NCBI GenBank assembly: GCA_963827165.1
Contig: CAWGZR010000013.1
Coordinates: 1-63,695, forward strand
DNA from: Candidatus Bathyarchaeota archaeon
GTDB taxonomy: Archaea; Thermoproteota; Bathyarchaeia; Bathyarchaeales; Bathycorpusculaceae
DNA: 63,695 bases
Reading direction: 5' to 3'
Under the pieces are notes generated by a model. That model searched no databases, was not told where the DNA came from, and was given only the letters and a program-made list of their open reading frames with translations. A program made the position numbers and the translations under genes. Below, piece by piece: positions 38,819 to 49,003 of this stretch. The first letter of the stretch is position 1. Every line of letters starts with the position of its first letter.

Positions 38819-39502
38819 TTGGACTTTGATTTTATAAAAACGTGGAATAAACCAGAAAGCTTTCGAGCCCAAAGCGTCGTGGGCAGCTTTACGTTAAATG
38901 ATGTAAAGTTGGAGAAGCGCTTTAAAGGTTCACTGCCGATAGAAGACGGCGACTGGCAAATCGGAGTCATCGTTGGCCGCAGCGGCTCAGGCAAATCAAG
39001 CATAGCCAAACAAATGTTCCCAGACGGATATATCACAGGCTTCCAGTACACGCACCAATGCATAATAGACGAATTTCCAGAAAGCCTCGAAACAAGCGAA
39101 ATAACACGTATGCTCTGCAGCGTCGGCTTCGCCTCCCCGCCAGACTGGCTCAAAACCTACAGTTGCCTGAGCCAAGGCGAAAAGATGCGCGTTGATTTAG
39201 CCCTTGCACTGAGTCTACCCCAGAAAACTGTGGTTTTCGACGAGTTCACATCAGTTGTAGACCGAGAAGTCGCAAAAATCGCCTCATACGCAATCAGCAA
39301 GGCGATTCGACGCGAGAAAGACAAGAAATTCATAGCCGTAACCTGCCATTACGATGTAGTCGATTGGCTGGAGCCAGACTGGGTTTTCTGCACCGACACA
39401 ATGGAGTTTGACCGAAAAAAAGAACTCGGCCGCCCATTGAACTCAAAGTTCATCGGTGCGGCACTTCCATGTGGACGATGTTTCGGCAGTATCACTATCT
39501 AA
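38819..39502 (+). CDS. ABC-type ATPase (phage-associated, GNAT-linked)
   Basis: GRSGSGKS, LSQGEKMR, FDEFTSVVDR, VTCHYD. Confidence 0.9.
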   Translation: MDFDFIKTWNKPESFRAQSVVGSFTLNDVKLEKRFKGSLPIEDGDWQIGVIVGRSGSGKSSIAKQMFPDGYITGFQYTHQCIIDEFPESLETSEITRMLCSVGFASPPDWLKTYSCLSQGEKMRVDLALALSLPQKTVVFDEFTSVVDREVAKIASYAISKAIRREKDKKFIAVTCHYDVVDWLEPDWVFCTDTMEFDRKKELGRPLNSKFIGAALPCGRCFGSITI

Positions 39503-39960
39503 ACGGCAAGCTTGGCGCAGGCGTCAGATGCTACGTTGCCCTCTACCAGCAAAATCCGGTAGCGTTTATCGCAGTCGCTCATGTCCGAATGAAAAGTCAC
39601 TTCTTCCGTGTCAGCCGACTCGTCGTCTTGCCCGATTACCAGGGCATAGGGATTGGAAAGCGACTACTCAATTTTATCGCTGAACTTTACACTTCACAGG
39701 TGGATTTGCCGTTCTATCTGGTTACAAGTAATCCTCAGCTGCTGCGAGGAAACCTCGGCAAATGGAAAGTGAAGCGATTAGGGCATGGAAGCCATGGGAG
39801 AGGAAACACTAGGATAAATCTGGGTCTCGCGGGTTCGACGAGCAGGGGGCGCCTTACCGTTTCACTTGAATATATCCCTCAAAATCTAACCTGGGCTTTG
39901 GCCTCTCAAAGTTCTGGTGTGCTCAAAGAAGGAGTTCTGATGGAATGCAAAAAACAATAA
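39421..39960 (+). CDS. GNAT acetyltransferase in the -1 frame relative to the ATPase
   Basis: FRQYHYL, RLVVLPDYQGIGIG; frame open back to the A7 run at 39415-39421. Confidence 0.85.
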   Translation, partial: RTRPPIELKVHRCGTSMWTMFRQYHYLNGKLGAGVRCYVALYQQNPVAFIAVAHVRMKSHFFRVSRLVVLPDYQGIGIGKRLLNFIAELYTSQVDLPFYLVTSNPQLLRGNLGKWKVKRLGHGSHGRGNTRINLGLAGSTSRGRLTVSLEYIPQNLTWALASQSSGVLKEGVLMECKKQ

Positions 39961-41195
39961 TAATCCGCTATAAGCCTCACGCTGGGCAAATTGAGTTCCA
40001 TAAGTGTCCTGCAAGATTTAGGGTGCTTAACTGTGGACGCCGCTGGGGCAAAACCATTGCAGGCGCCAACGAATTCATAAGCCAAATGTGGAAACAAGGT
40101 CCAAACATAGTAGGCTTCGCCGTGGCACCTACCTATTGGCACACGCAGCGGCAATGGACCGAATTTCTCAACTTCTGCCCAACTGAGCTAATAAGGGGCA
40201 TTTACCGCTCTGGCCGGCATGTAATCCTCAAAGGCAACCGCAATATCTGGTTTAAAAGCGCCGACAACCCTGACTCACTGCGCAGCCAAGGCGTAAAAGT
40301 TCTCTGGGTTGACGAGGGCTCTCAAATCGCGGAGGAAGCCTGGACGCTTGCCCTCAGACCAGCATTGATGGATTATAAGGGAATAGCTTTCTTCACCGGC
40401 ACACCAAGAGGGCATAACTGGTATTTTCAACTCTGGACCCGCGGCCAAGACCCCTCGCAAACTGATTACAAGAGCTGGAGCTTCCCCAGCGGCAGCAACC
40501 CCTATCTGGATCCAGCGGAGATTGCTTCTTTTGCCCGTGACATGCCTGAGCTCGCTTACCGCCAAGAAGTTATGGCCGAGTTTCTCGAGGACGTTGGCTC
40601 TGTCTTCAGGGGCGTAGACCACATAGTCAAAGGTACCTTCCAACCGCCTGAACCATACAAGCAATATGTAATGGGCGCAGACCTCGCCAAACTCGTAGAC
40701 TTCACAGTGCTAATCGTTCTGGACATGGATGGGCGCCTATGCGCCTTTGACAGGTTCGCACAGTTAGACTGGGTTTTCCAACGCAAACGCATAGTTCAAC
40801 TAGCCCAACAATACAACGCCCGCCTACAAATCGACAGCACAGGAATCGGAGACCCAATCTGCGACGAACTCCAACGTGAAAACGTTCGAGTTGACGGCTA
40901 CAAATTTACCAATACCACAAAAAAAGACCTCATAGAAAACCTGAGCATAATGATCGAGAACGGAAAGATTACAATACCGCAAATTCCCGAGTTAATAAAT
41001 GAACTCAAACTCTACGGCTACAAGATCAGCGCCAATGGGAACGTGCAGTACGGCGCACCAGAAGGCTACCACGACGATTGCGTAATTGCACTCGCGTTAG
41101 CTGCTTGGCAACTTAAGCGTTATCCACCTCTTGAAGGATCCGGTGTCGCGGTGATTAGGAAAAAGCCAGTTTACAGAGACGAGGATGATGATTAA
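39945..41195 (+). CDS. terL: Terminase large subunit
   Basis: PHAGQ, CGRRWGKT, VDEG, TGTP, nuclease GADLA...DFT, HDDCVIALALA. Confidence 0.95.
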   Translation: MQKTIIIRYKPHAGQIEFHKCPARFRVLNCGRRWGKTIAGANEFISQMWKQGPNIVGFAVAPTYWHTQRQWTEFLNFCPTELIRGIYRSGRHVILKGNRNIWFKSADNPDSLRSQGVKVLWVDEGSQIAEEAWTLALRPALMDYKGIAFFTGTPRGHNWYFQLWTRGQDPSQTDYKSWSFPSGSNPYLDPAEIASFARDMPELAYRQEVMAEFLEDVGSVFRGVDHIVKGTFQPPEPYKQYVMGADLAKLVDFTVLIVLDMDGRLCAFDRFAQLDWVFQRKRIVQLAQQYNARLQIDSTGIGDPICDELQRENVRVDGYKFTNTTKKDLIENLSIMIENGKITIPQIPELINELKLYGYKISANGNVQYGAPEGYHDDCVIALALAAWQLKRYPPLEGSGVAVIRKKPVYRDEDDD

Positions 41196-41207
41196 ATGGA
41201 AAAAACT

Positions 41208-41531
41208 TTAAGGTCCAGTGTACGTTGTCATCGTTGATAGGTTGTTGCCTTTTGGGGTTATTAGCCTTATTCCATATTCTGCTGAATTGACAAACGACGC
41301 AATGTTGCTTAGCACTATAGTACTCGTGCCGCCTGCGACTATTGTTCCCTGCGAGGAGAGTGTCGCAACAGATCCATCTACCTCACCCGAGGAAATGGTG
41401 ACCGACATCGAACCCTCGTTTTGAACCGTACAGAAAACTTCGCCCACTCCCGCATTGTTGAACAATGTCGCCGTCGGCTGGCGGGGTCCATGAATCAACC
41501 TGCGTTGCGGAAAACGTCGGCGTCGACTCAT
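41208..41531 (-). pseudogene. Archaeal pilin-like C-terminal fragment
   Basis: 'VQNEG..SVTISS..V' and 'Y.IRLITPKGN'; N-terminus does not look genuine. Confidence 0.45.
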
Positions 41532-41973
41532 AATATAGATTACCTAGAGGAATCTGTTATGATAAAATTCGCAGTTTCTCTCGCTTGAAATGAATTTGAG
41601 TCAACTGAAGCTTGAACGTTTAGCTCATCACCATCTTTGAGTGTTAACGGGAATTCCTTCTCGTAGGTCCCACCTGCGCTGTAGGTTAGTGAAAAATTAG
41701 TGTTAATCACGGCTTTGACGCTTGTTGACGATGTGAAGAATCCAGGTAATACGAGAAATAATGCTGCACTTATCGCGACCATTGCTATGACGGCCGTGAC
41801 TATGTAAATTTGCTTTAACGGTTTTTTCTCTTGGTGAATCGGAGAACTAATGCTTGGTTAGCCAATCCATATCAACTCATATCTTGCTTCAATTCGTATT
41901 GAGTAGTAATATATAATATTTATTAATTTAGAAGCAAAATTACGAAAAAATCTTCGAACCCTTAATTCTTGAA

Positions 41974-42237
41974 CTATTGAATTACGAAAGCGTCTTCCAT
42001 CTTTTCTATTTTTAAATTGCGCTTTTCCACTATTGATGCAATAATCTTCAGGTCATGGTCGTCTAAGTCGTATTTTATCTTTAACACGTCATCTTCGGAA
42101 GACGTGGGCAGCTTTAGGTCTCGACCAATAATTATGCTGTCTGCTGGAAAAGGCTTGTCAAGTGCCACCATAATTTCATGGGCAACGTAAAGAGCGTCTT
42201 TTTTCTTCAAATTGATACAACTTTTCAATTTGTACAT
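41974..42237 (-). CDS. Hypothetical protein
   Basis: 87-aa ORF with plausible composition. Confidence 0.5.
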   Translation of the reverse strand: MYKLKSCINLKKKDALYVAHEIMVALDKPFPADSIIIGRDLKLPTSSEDDVLKIKYDLDDHDLKIIASIVEKRNLKIEKMEDAFVIQ

Positions 42238-42522
42238 TTGTTCATTGATTTGGCGATAGTTTAGACATTGGTTCTTTTAAACATCGTTCCCCTATTTGAA
42301 ATCTTTCAATGTAGACTATTGAGGGCACAATTTGTTAAAAGCATAAACAGCGATAATTCAATTCACAGTCTAAACAATCACCTAACGGTGAGAGCTTATG
42401 AAAAACAATCTTCTTACTTGATTACCAATTCAAACCCCACAGGTAAAATGCAAGGTTGCTTGGATATACCCGCATGCGCAGGTAGTAATTCATATATGGT
42501 AGTACAGGCTAAAAAGTAGGAT

Positions 42523-42765
42523 GTGTTTGAAATGGAATCAACTGAAGTAGTTGTAACACGAAAAGGCCAAACAACAATCCCGTCTCGCCTCAGGAAGAAA
42601 TTCAAAATTGAGGAGGGAACAAGACTTGAAGTTATCGAAACCGAAGAGGGAATCTTGTTCAAACCAAAGATTTCTTTCTGGGATTTAGCAGGGTCTGGAT
42701 CCAAGTTTGCGTCAGTAGAAGAAATGAAGAAACTCTTAGATGAATTAAGGGAAGAAGATGCCTAA
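42523..42765 (+). CDS. AbrB/MazE-type antitoxin
   Basis: VTRKGQTTIP..LRKKF.IEEG; overlaps the PIN gene. Confidence 0.9.
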   Translation: MFEMESTEVVVTRKGQTTIPSRLRKKFKIEEGTRLEVIETEEGILFKPKISFWDLAGSGSKFASVEEMKKLLDELREEDA

Positions 42766-43141
42766 AGCCGTATACGATACCAGATATTTTGTTGAGTACT
42801 TTTATTCAAAAGATGATAAAGCCCTGCAAAAGATGAAGTTGGAAAAAAATCGTGGAGAGCGCTATATTTCAGCCATAGTTATTCATGAATTATACCGACT
42901 TGTCTTGGCACGAGAGGGTCGAGAAACCGCGTCTCTGAGAAAGACCACTGTAGAACAGGAATTCAAAGTAATCCCTGTTGGCTCAGAGGTTGCAAAAACT
43001 TCAGCTGAGTTGAGGCAAAGATACAGACTCTCGATGGGAGACAGCATGATTGCTGCAACAGCATTCATACTCAAGGCTGTCTGCATCACCGATGATCCAC
43101 ACTTCAAAACCGTTAGCGAAATAAAAACAGCTTGGATCTGA
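42758..43141 (+). CDS. vapC: PIN-domain VapC toxin
   Basis: YDT, HEL, DSMIAATA, TDDPHF. Confidence 0.9.
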   Translation: MPKAVYDTRYFVEYFYSKDDKALQKMKLEKNRGERYISAIVIHELYRLVLAREGRETASLRKTTVEQEFKVIPVGSEVAKTSAELRQRYRLSMGDSMIAATAFILKAVCITDDPHFKTVSEIKTAWI

Positions 43142-43269
43142 ACAAAAAGATTGATTTTCCAGAAATTATCTCTTTCATTTCCCTCTCGACACTTGGGCAC
43201 CTATCGCTTTTCAACTCCCAGGAGTCGTTCACTGGTTTTTGCAAGGTATTTGGAGGGGAGTAGTAAACC

Positions 43270-43500
43270 GCTTTAACGTAGAACGTTGGTGTCCAAGCCG
43301 GCGATCATTTAGGCGCCTTTCCAGATTGCCTTCATTTTCTCAGGAGACCAGCACTCTGGCTTGCCAGTTCTGCGTGGCTCTGAAGTTATTAATTTCTTGA
43401 ATTCTTCTAGAAAGTCCTTTTGTTTTTCGGGCAAAAGGAGATATCCGCGCGGGTTTTTTTATGGTGACTGTGTCGCCTATTTCTTCTCTTATTTCTCACA
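43270..43500 (-). pseudogene. Decayed antitoxin plus PIN N-terminus (MIAGLDTNVL)
   Basis: Reverse strand reads ...DFLEEFKKLITSEPRRTGKPECWSPEKMKAIWKGA* immediately followed by ATG at 43308. Confidence 0.55.
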
Positions 43501-43715
43501 AGAAACATGAACGACAAAAACAGATAGTTTAAGGATTCCAACCGTAAACTTTATGACAGCGATAGTTCGACGTTCTTGAAAAGTTGCAAGTAAAGAGCCT
43601 TATAGTGTTAGGACGTTTTATGGTTACAGTCACGACTAATAGAAATGGTCGGGTGGTAAGAAATTTATGGAAACTTTTTTTACTTCCATTTTATTACTAC
43701 TTTTTTGTGGGTAAA

Positions 43716-43946
43716 ATGAGTAAGTGTGTAACGGTCTCTACAAAGATTCCAAAGCAACTTAAAGAAAAAATGGACCAGCTAAAGATTAAACCCTCCAAAC
43801 TCTTGCGAAAAGCTATAGAGGATGAAATAAAGAGAAGAGAAACTGAAGAGCTCAAAAAAGAAATAGATAATTTAAAACCAATTCTCGAAAAAGTACGCAT
43901 GGAAGACATAGTGAAAAGCATTAGAGAGGATAGGGACAGCAGATGA
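43716..43946 (+). CDS. RHH/VapB-type antitoxin
   Basis: TVSTKIPKQLKEKM...LLRKAIEDEI...IREDRDSR; ATGA overlap with the toxin. Confidence 0.8.
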   Translation: MSKCVTVSTKIPKQLKEKMDQLKIKPSKLLRKAIEDEIKRRETEELKKEIDNLKPILEKVRMEDIVKSIREDRDSR

Positions 43947-44336
43947 AATACCTGTTTGACTCCTCAGCCATATTCAGCGCCATTAAAGAAAACAAAATTG
44001 ACGACTTAATCGGAAACTATACGTTAGAGCTACGCTAGGTACGAGTTGGGAAACATCGTGTGGAAAGACTATTTTCTGCAAGCAAAAATCTCAAAAGAAG
44101 AAGCAAAAATGATCGTTAAGACAATCAAACACACACTAAACATAATGGAAGTCTTGCAAATAACGGGTAACGAAGAAGAAATATTGGAGACAGCAACACA
44201 GTTGAAAATCACGTTTTATGATGCATCATACGCCTACTTTGCTAAAGCAAAAGAGCTACAGCTAATAACCGAGGATTTACGACTAATGAAAAAGCTAACA
44301 CCCATTATCAAGGCTTCTTTGCTAAGCGAAATTTAG
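43943..44336 (+). CDS. vapC: PIN-domain VapC toxin, frameshifted near 44030
   Basis: YLFDSSAI, then YELGN, TFYDASY, LITED. Confidence 0.8.
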
Positions 44337-44787
44337 CAACAAACTGGCGCGCTGCCTTGTCCCTTTATTATGCATTGAAGTTGGTGAGACCCCACTTCTT
44401 TCTCTGTTCTCCGTCGAGGTGATGCTTAGGCCTCGAAAAACCGCTAACCTGAGTGAGCAGACATTTCCAGCGATGTGGTTTACCTACCCTCTCTAAAATA
44501 ATTGAGGTCAAACCCGAAAGATAAAATGCAAAGTCGCCTGGATATGCCCCGGCTTCCCGGAAACCAGCTAAACATGCATGCATGGCGGCCGAAACTACTG
44601 CAGAAAATATCGCGCCATCAAACAGCAAGCGCGACAAGAAAAACATGCAATAGGCTCCTTATTGATCAGTGTTCAAATTTTTCTTAAAAAAGGACTACTA
44701 AATTTGGGCGAACGATCTAAAGTCTTAGTTATCATAAGGGGCATTAGCTAAATCTTAAATTTTTGATTCCAAATCGCCCTAATTGCC

Positions 44788-45305
44788 TTATAGTTGTTCG
44801 ATTTCAATGATAAGTCGAGCCAAAAGATTGGGCTCTAATCGAAAACCTTTGCTTACCATCCTGACAACTGTTTCCTTCGCCTCCTCTTTATTCATCAACC
44901 CAGCTCTCAGGGCTGACATGACCACATATAGGCTCCCTTTAGTCTTTAATCCCCAAGCCTCCGCGAAAGTGTGTCCAGCCGATTCATCCATCAATAAAAG
45001 TACTTTCATTTCTTTGGCTAAAACGATTGCTTGAGCATCAGCCAAATGAATTTCTGGGGCGTTTTCAACTATTTTTTGGATTAAGTTTTGGGCTGACGAA
45101 TCCATTACCGCCAGTTTAATCCAGCCATCATTTACACATTCCTTAATTGTTAACGCGTCACTGAATCCATGTTTTAGTCCTTCGTCAACGGCTTCCACGT
45201 AAACTTCTTGCGGGACAATTATCTCGTTAAAGAGGTTTTTTAGCAGGTTTATTTTACCTATTTTGGCGAGCCACATCAGGGGCTATTGTCTGAGACTGAA
45301 TGCAA
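44788..45305 (-). CDS. DUF3368 PIN-like toxin
   Basis: IIVPQEVYVE, LLLMDE, GFRL; N-terminal frameshift; paired with UPF0175. Confidence 0.8.
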
Positions 45306-45318
45306 GGCCTAGTTCAAC

Positions 45319-45633
45319 CTATAGTTTTAGATCTTCTTCTAAGTCTTTTTGGGAATACTGTATAAGAATTCCTTTTTCATTGAGGATTTTGTAGAATTGC
45401 CAAAGAGATACATCGGCTAGTTTTGCTGCTTTCATCCCGGTGGCTTTTCCCTTTTGGTAGAGGCTAATGGCGTAGTCGATGTTTTTTTCTTTGATTCCTT
45501 TGTCAATTATTTCTCTGATCAGTGTGGATCGGTCTTTTTGCTCTCTGCCGGATAGGTCTTGAAGTTTTTCTATCGTTTCCTTCGATAGTCGCAAGCAGAT
45601 GGTTTCAGACATTGGAACTACCCTGTATTGCAA
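45319..45633 (-). CDS. UPF0175 family antitoxin
   Basis: RHH N-terminus; 'LYQKGK....KAAKLA.VS'; 'DLEEDL'. Confidence 0.8.
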   Translation of the reverse strand: MQYRVVPMSETICLRLSKETIEKLQDLSGREQKDRSTLIREIIDKGIKEKNIDYAISLYQKGKATGMKAAKLADVSLWQFYKILNEKGILIQYSQKDLEEDLKL

Positions 45634-45672
45634 AATATATCAACCGCATTATGTGGTTTGCGGTGTGAAGGA

Positions 45673-45936
45673 CTAATAGTCGAAGGTGGTTTTTGTTAAA
45701 GGTTGGACCTTGAAGAACCTCAGGATTTTAGTGCCTTGATTGGTAATTGTGTAAGAAATAATCGAGTTATATTCGGTTTCTCTAATTAGCCCCTGGTCGA
45801 TTAGGAAGCTCACGCGTTCTTTAAGCGAAGAGGGATTACTCTTTAAAAATTGTGCCAATTCGTCGACGCTTAGGGGACCGTGTGCCATCAACGTTTTAGC
45901 GATGTCAATATACAGCTCTAACTTGCTGCTTGGCAT
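45673..45936 (-). CDS. Archaeal wHTH protein (DUF2495/HTH_45-like)
   Basis: SKLELYIDI...YTITNQG. Confidence 0.75.
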   Translation of the reverse strand: MPSSKLELYIDIAKTLMAHGPLSVDELAQFLKSNPSSLKERVSFLIDQGLIRETEYNSIISYTITNQGTKILRFFKVQPLTKTTFDY

Positions 45937-46106
45937 AAATTGAAAGTTCGGATTCGCCCATATAAACGTTTATTGAGTCTTGACTCTTTACTGTCTGAAC
46001 ATCCGCGTTGAGTAACCTTTTTCCTCAACATAAAAGCGAATTAAACTAATTTACTCGACAAACGTGAACTTCACATGAATTGCCTATTGAAAACAATAAT
46101 GCTTTG

Positions 46107-46358
46107 TTACCGTTTAACACGATTTTTCTTTGCAATAGAAACAAGGACTTCTTGTGTTAACAACTCTTCAATTCGGCAACGCTCGGCTTGCGCCTTTTCT
46201 GGATCACTCTCACCTGTCTCATGTGCAATGCAATGAGCTTCAATACAACGCACCATTTCATCCAAATCTGGAATTACAAGCATTTTAAAGCCACATTCGC
46301 AAGTAACCAACGGCAGCCGTTCAGGGGCTTTCTTTTTGGCTGCGATTTTCTTAGGCAT
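46107..46358 (-). CDS. Hypothetical Zn-binding protein
   Basis: CECG...IPDL..M...IEAH. Confidence 0.55.
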   Translation of the reverse strand: MPKKIAAKKKAPERLPLVTCECGFKMLVIPDLDEMVRCIEAHCIAHETGESDPEKAQAERCRIEELLTQEVLVSIAKKNRVKR

Positions 46359-46514
46359 ATCTTTCCTTCAGACAAAAATAAAATTAATAAACTTATCCCA
46401 ACTCAAAAAATAAAATCCCTTTCGCATTTTGGTAACTTTAGACATCTTTAAGAAAAATCGACAACGTCAAAGGATTAAAACACCTAAAGACATTAATTTG
46501 TCAAACAACCGGAT

Positions 46515-46910
46515 GTGCAGAAAATGGAAGCCTTCTCGATTACGGATTGCGAGTTATTTTGGGATACGCGAGTAAAGATTCCAAAACGAGTTAAACAGGA
46601 AATAAAAAAGGAACTTAAGACGCTCTCGGTCTCTATTGGAAAAGCAATGTTATTTCTCAGGGAAGCGGCTCTGGATGGAAGTGAGCCGGTGGTTACTTTT
46701 TTGCTCGGAGGCAACTCGGAGTATGAGCTTTCAATTTGGGAGACTGCCTCTGCTGATGTTGTAAAGCAAGGGGAAGATTGTTATTTCGAAATGAACGTAC
46801 GAAATCAATCTAAGGAGTATGTTGCCTACTTCCATTGTGAAAAACATAAAATTATTCGCGGCTTCTTGGAGGAGGAAGCCCAATTTTTTGAGTTAGAGCG
46901 CATCAAATAG
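46515..46910 (+). CDS. Hypothetical protein
   Basis: 131-aa ORF. Confidence 0.5.
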   Translation: MQKMEAFSITDCELFWDTRVKIPKRVKQEIKKELKTLSVSIGKAMLFLREAALDGSEPVVTFLLGGNSEYELSIWETASADVVKQGEDCYFEMNVRNQSKEYVAYFHCEKHKIIRGFLEEEAQFFELERIK

Positions 46911-47396
46911 TGACGGAATTCTCCCGGCACTAGGAAGCCCAATATCAACTAAACGCTGCCTTTTTCAGAACACAAGGCGCACAGTCTTTTTTCAAGCTTT
47001 CAATTTTTTTCTAACCGCCAGGGACTTTATTGATGTAGAATCTCGGCTAAGATTTCTTTGCGTCTCTCTTTGCGGTTCTTCTTTTGGTTCTTCATGCCTA
47101 ACAGCAATATTAATGCGTTAAAATAAAAACTTTATTGATTTCAGCTAATGTTCAGGCTGATTGACCTGGATCTTTGGGTAGACGAGAAGTGGGTATCGCA
47201 TGAAGTCACGTTGAGATAGAGGCAATAAAGAATTTGGCTAATTTGAATCAGGAGATCGTTGCTGGAAGCCTTAAAGATCGGAAACATGGGCGACATCTCC
47301 AGTCTTCAGAGGTTCAAATCCCGCCCTACATCGCCATATTTGTTGCCATTGATTGAGACTTCAGAAACCTTATATCGACTTCTATAACAAAATTTC

Positions 47397-48095
47397 TTGA
47401 TGTTAAGATATTCAAAGCTCTTATTCGGCATTCTTGCAGTTTTAGGGGCTGCCCTTTTAGTTATCTTCTTTGTGGTTTTCTATTGGAACCTAACATCGTC
47501 AGCTGAGCTTTTGGCGGTACAGATTTTACTGGGCGATGGGTATCTTGATTGGTCAAGACTTAACGCTTTTTTATTTTTCACTATCGTTGCTGGAACAGCT
47601 TTTCTCGTATTTGGGATGATTGGTACTATCGTGCGATCCCGAAAGAAACATAGGGCTGTTTTTGCTGTTCTTTGTGTCACTCTGGTCCCAGTGCTTGTTT
47701 TTGGTGCGTTTTTTTCGTCATCTTTAGTTTTCTCATCGCTACAAACGCAGAAAGTTGCAATATCCAACTTTAGAGTAGACAACACTAATCCACTAACATG
47801 TGCGGTTGATGCGAAATCCTTTTCCTATTATGAAATTGATTTTGATTCAGCATTCATTAAAGCTGCCAATCGAACCATTGTGGCACAAATCAGCAGTAAT
47901 ATGATCGAGTCTCCAGTTTTAGATGATATGGGACATCAGTATATGACTATGAATTTTCTTTATACGTTACCACCTGGAGACGAACAAACCTTGAATTTCA
48001 ACTTTAACACTACTTTGCCTTCAGGAAACTATGCTTTCTGGCTTTCCACCTATGAACGAGGAGGCTTCATTTCCTTCAACTTTACAATCCCATAG
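47397..48095 (+). CDS. Three-TM membrane protein with an extracellular domain
   Basis: Hydrophobic segments followed by a beta-rich C-terminus. Confidence 0.7.
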   Translation: MMLRYSKLLFGILAVLGAALLVIFFVVFYWNLTSSAELLAVQILLGDGYLDWSRLNAFLFFTIVAGTAFLVFGMIGTIVRSRKKHRAVFAVLCVTLVPVLVFGAFFSSSLVFSSLQTQKVAISNFRVDNTNPLTCAVDAKSFSYYEIDFDSAFIKAANRTIVAQISSNMIESPVLDDMGHQYMTMNFLYTLPPGDEQTLNFNFNTTLPSGNYAFWLSTYERGGFISFNFTIP

Positions 48096-48301
48096 AGTTT
48101 TTTACAAAATTGCCAAATTAAACTTAACAAGCTTTGTCAAGTTGGCTTCGCAAAGCTTCATTTAAATTGACAATTAACGTTACTTCGTGTTTCAAAAAAC
48201 TATAAAAGGCTAAATACCAAATTTATCTTAAAATTCAAGGAAGAGAACGATAAAATGATAACCGATGGGATTGAAAAAAAGCTACACTCTTTGAGGGTCC
48301 G

Positions 48302-49003
48302 GTGATTCTTTTCAAAGAGATGAAAATTAGGTATTCTGCACAGTTGATAATTGCGGCGTTAAATGAAGAGCCAGGGATTGGGCTTACCATTGCAGAAATG
48401 AAAGATGCTTTGGTTGATCTCAAAGTTTTGGTGGTTGATGGTAAGAGCAGTGACCGTACAGTTGAGATAGCTGAGGAGTTGGGTGCAAAGGTTATTTTCC
48501 AAGATGGCTCCGGCAAGGGCGATGCTCTAGCTAAGGGCCTAAAGAATGCAGATCTCAACGTGGATTATGTTGTTTTTACCGACGCAGACTACACTTATCC
48601 TGCCTCGTTTGTTCCAAAGATGCTTGAGATACTTGAGGAGAATCCTTATGTAGGCATGGTTTGCGGTAACAGGTTTAGCGGGTACTTAGATCTGAAGGGC
48701 TTAAATGGTATTTTTTACTTTGGCAATAGGCTTATCTCGTTTATTCATAACCTTGTGAATGGAATTCAATTGACTGATCCATTAACTGGGCTGCGGGTGG
48801 TTCGATCGCAAATTCTCAAGAATTGGCAGGTGAGGTCTAAGGGTTTTGATTTTGAGGTTGAGCTTAATCGTCATGTCGAGGGGGAGGGTTTTGGCATTGC
48901 TGAAATACCTATTCAATATCGCGAGAGGCTAGGTGTGAAGAAACTTGGTTTTAGGCATGGCGCCGAAATTTTGAGATGTATGATGTTTGAAACAACATTT
49001 TAA
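48302..49003 (+). CDS. GT2 glycosyltransferase (dolichol-phosphate-mannose synthase-like)
   Basis: ALNEE, VVDG.SSDRT, GKGDAL, DADYTY, DPLTGLR. Confidence 0.9.
   Translation: MILFKEMKIRYSAQLIIAALNEEPGIGLTIAEMKDALVDLKVLVVDGKSSDRTVEIAEELGAKVIFQDGSGKGDALAKGLKNADLNVDYVVFTDADYTYPASFVPKMLEILEENPYVGMVCGNRFSGYLDLKGLNGIFYFGNRLISFIHNLVNGIQLTDPLTGLRVVRSQILKNWQVRSKGFDFEVELNRHVEGEGFGIAEIPIQYRERLGVKKLGFRHGAEILRCMMFETTF

Noticed and set aside
47311-47336. GGTTCAAATCCCGCC as a tRNA or att site
   Set aside because: No cloverleaf and no properly spaced acceptor strand; too short to support
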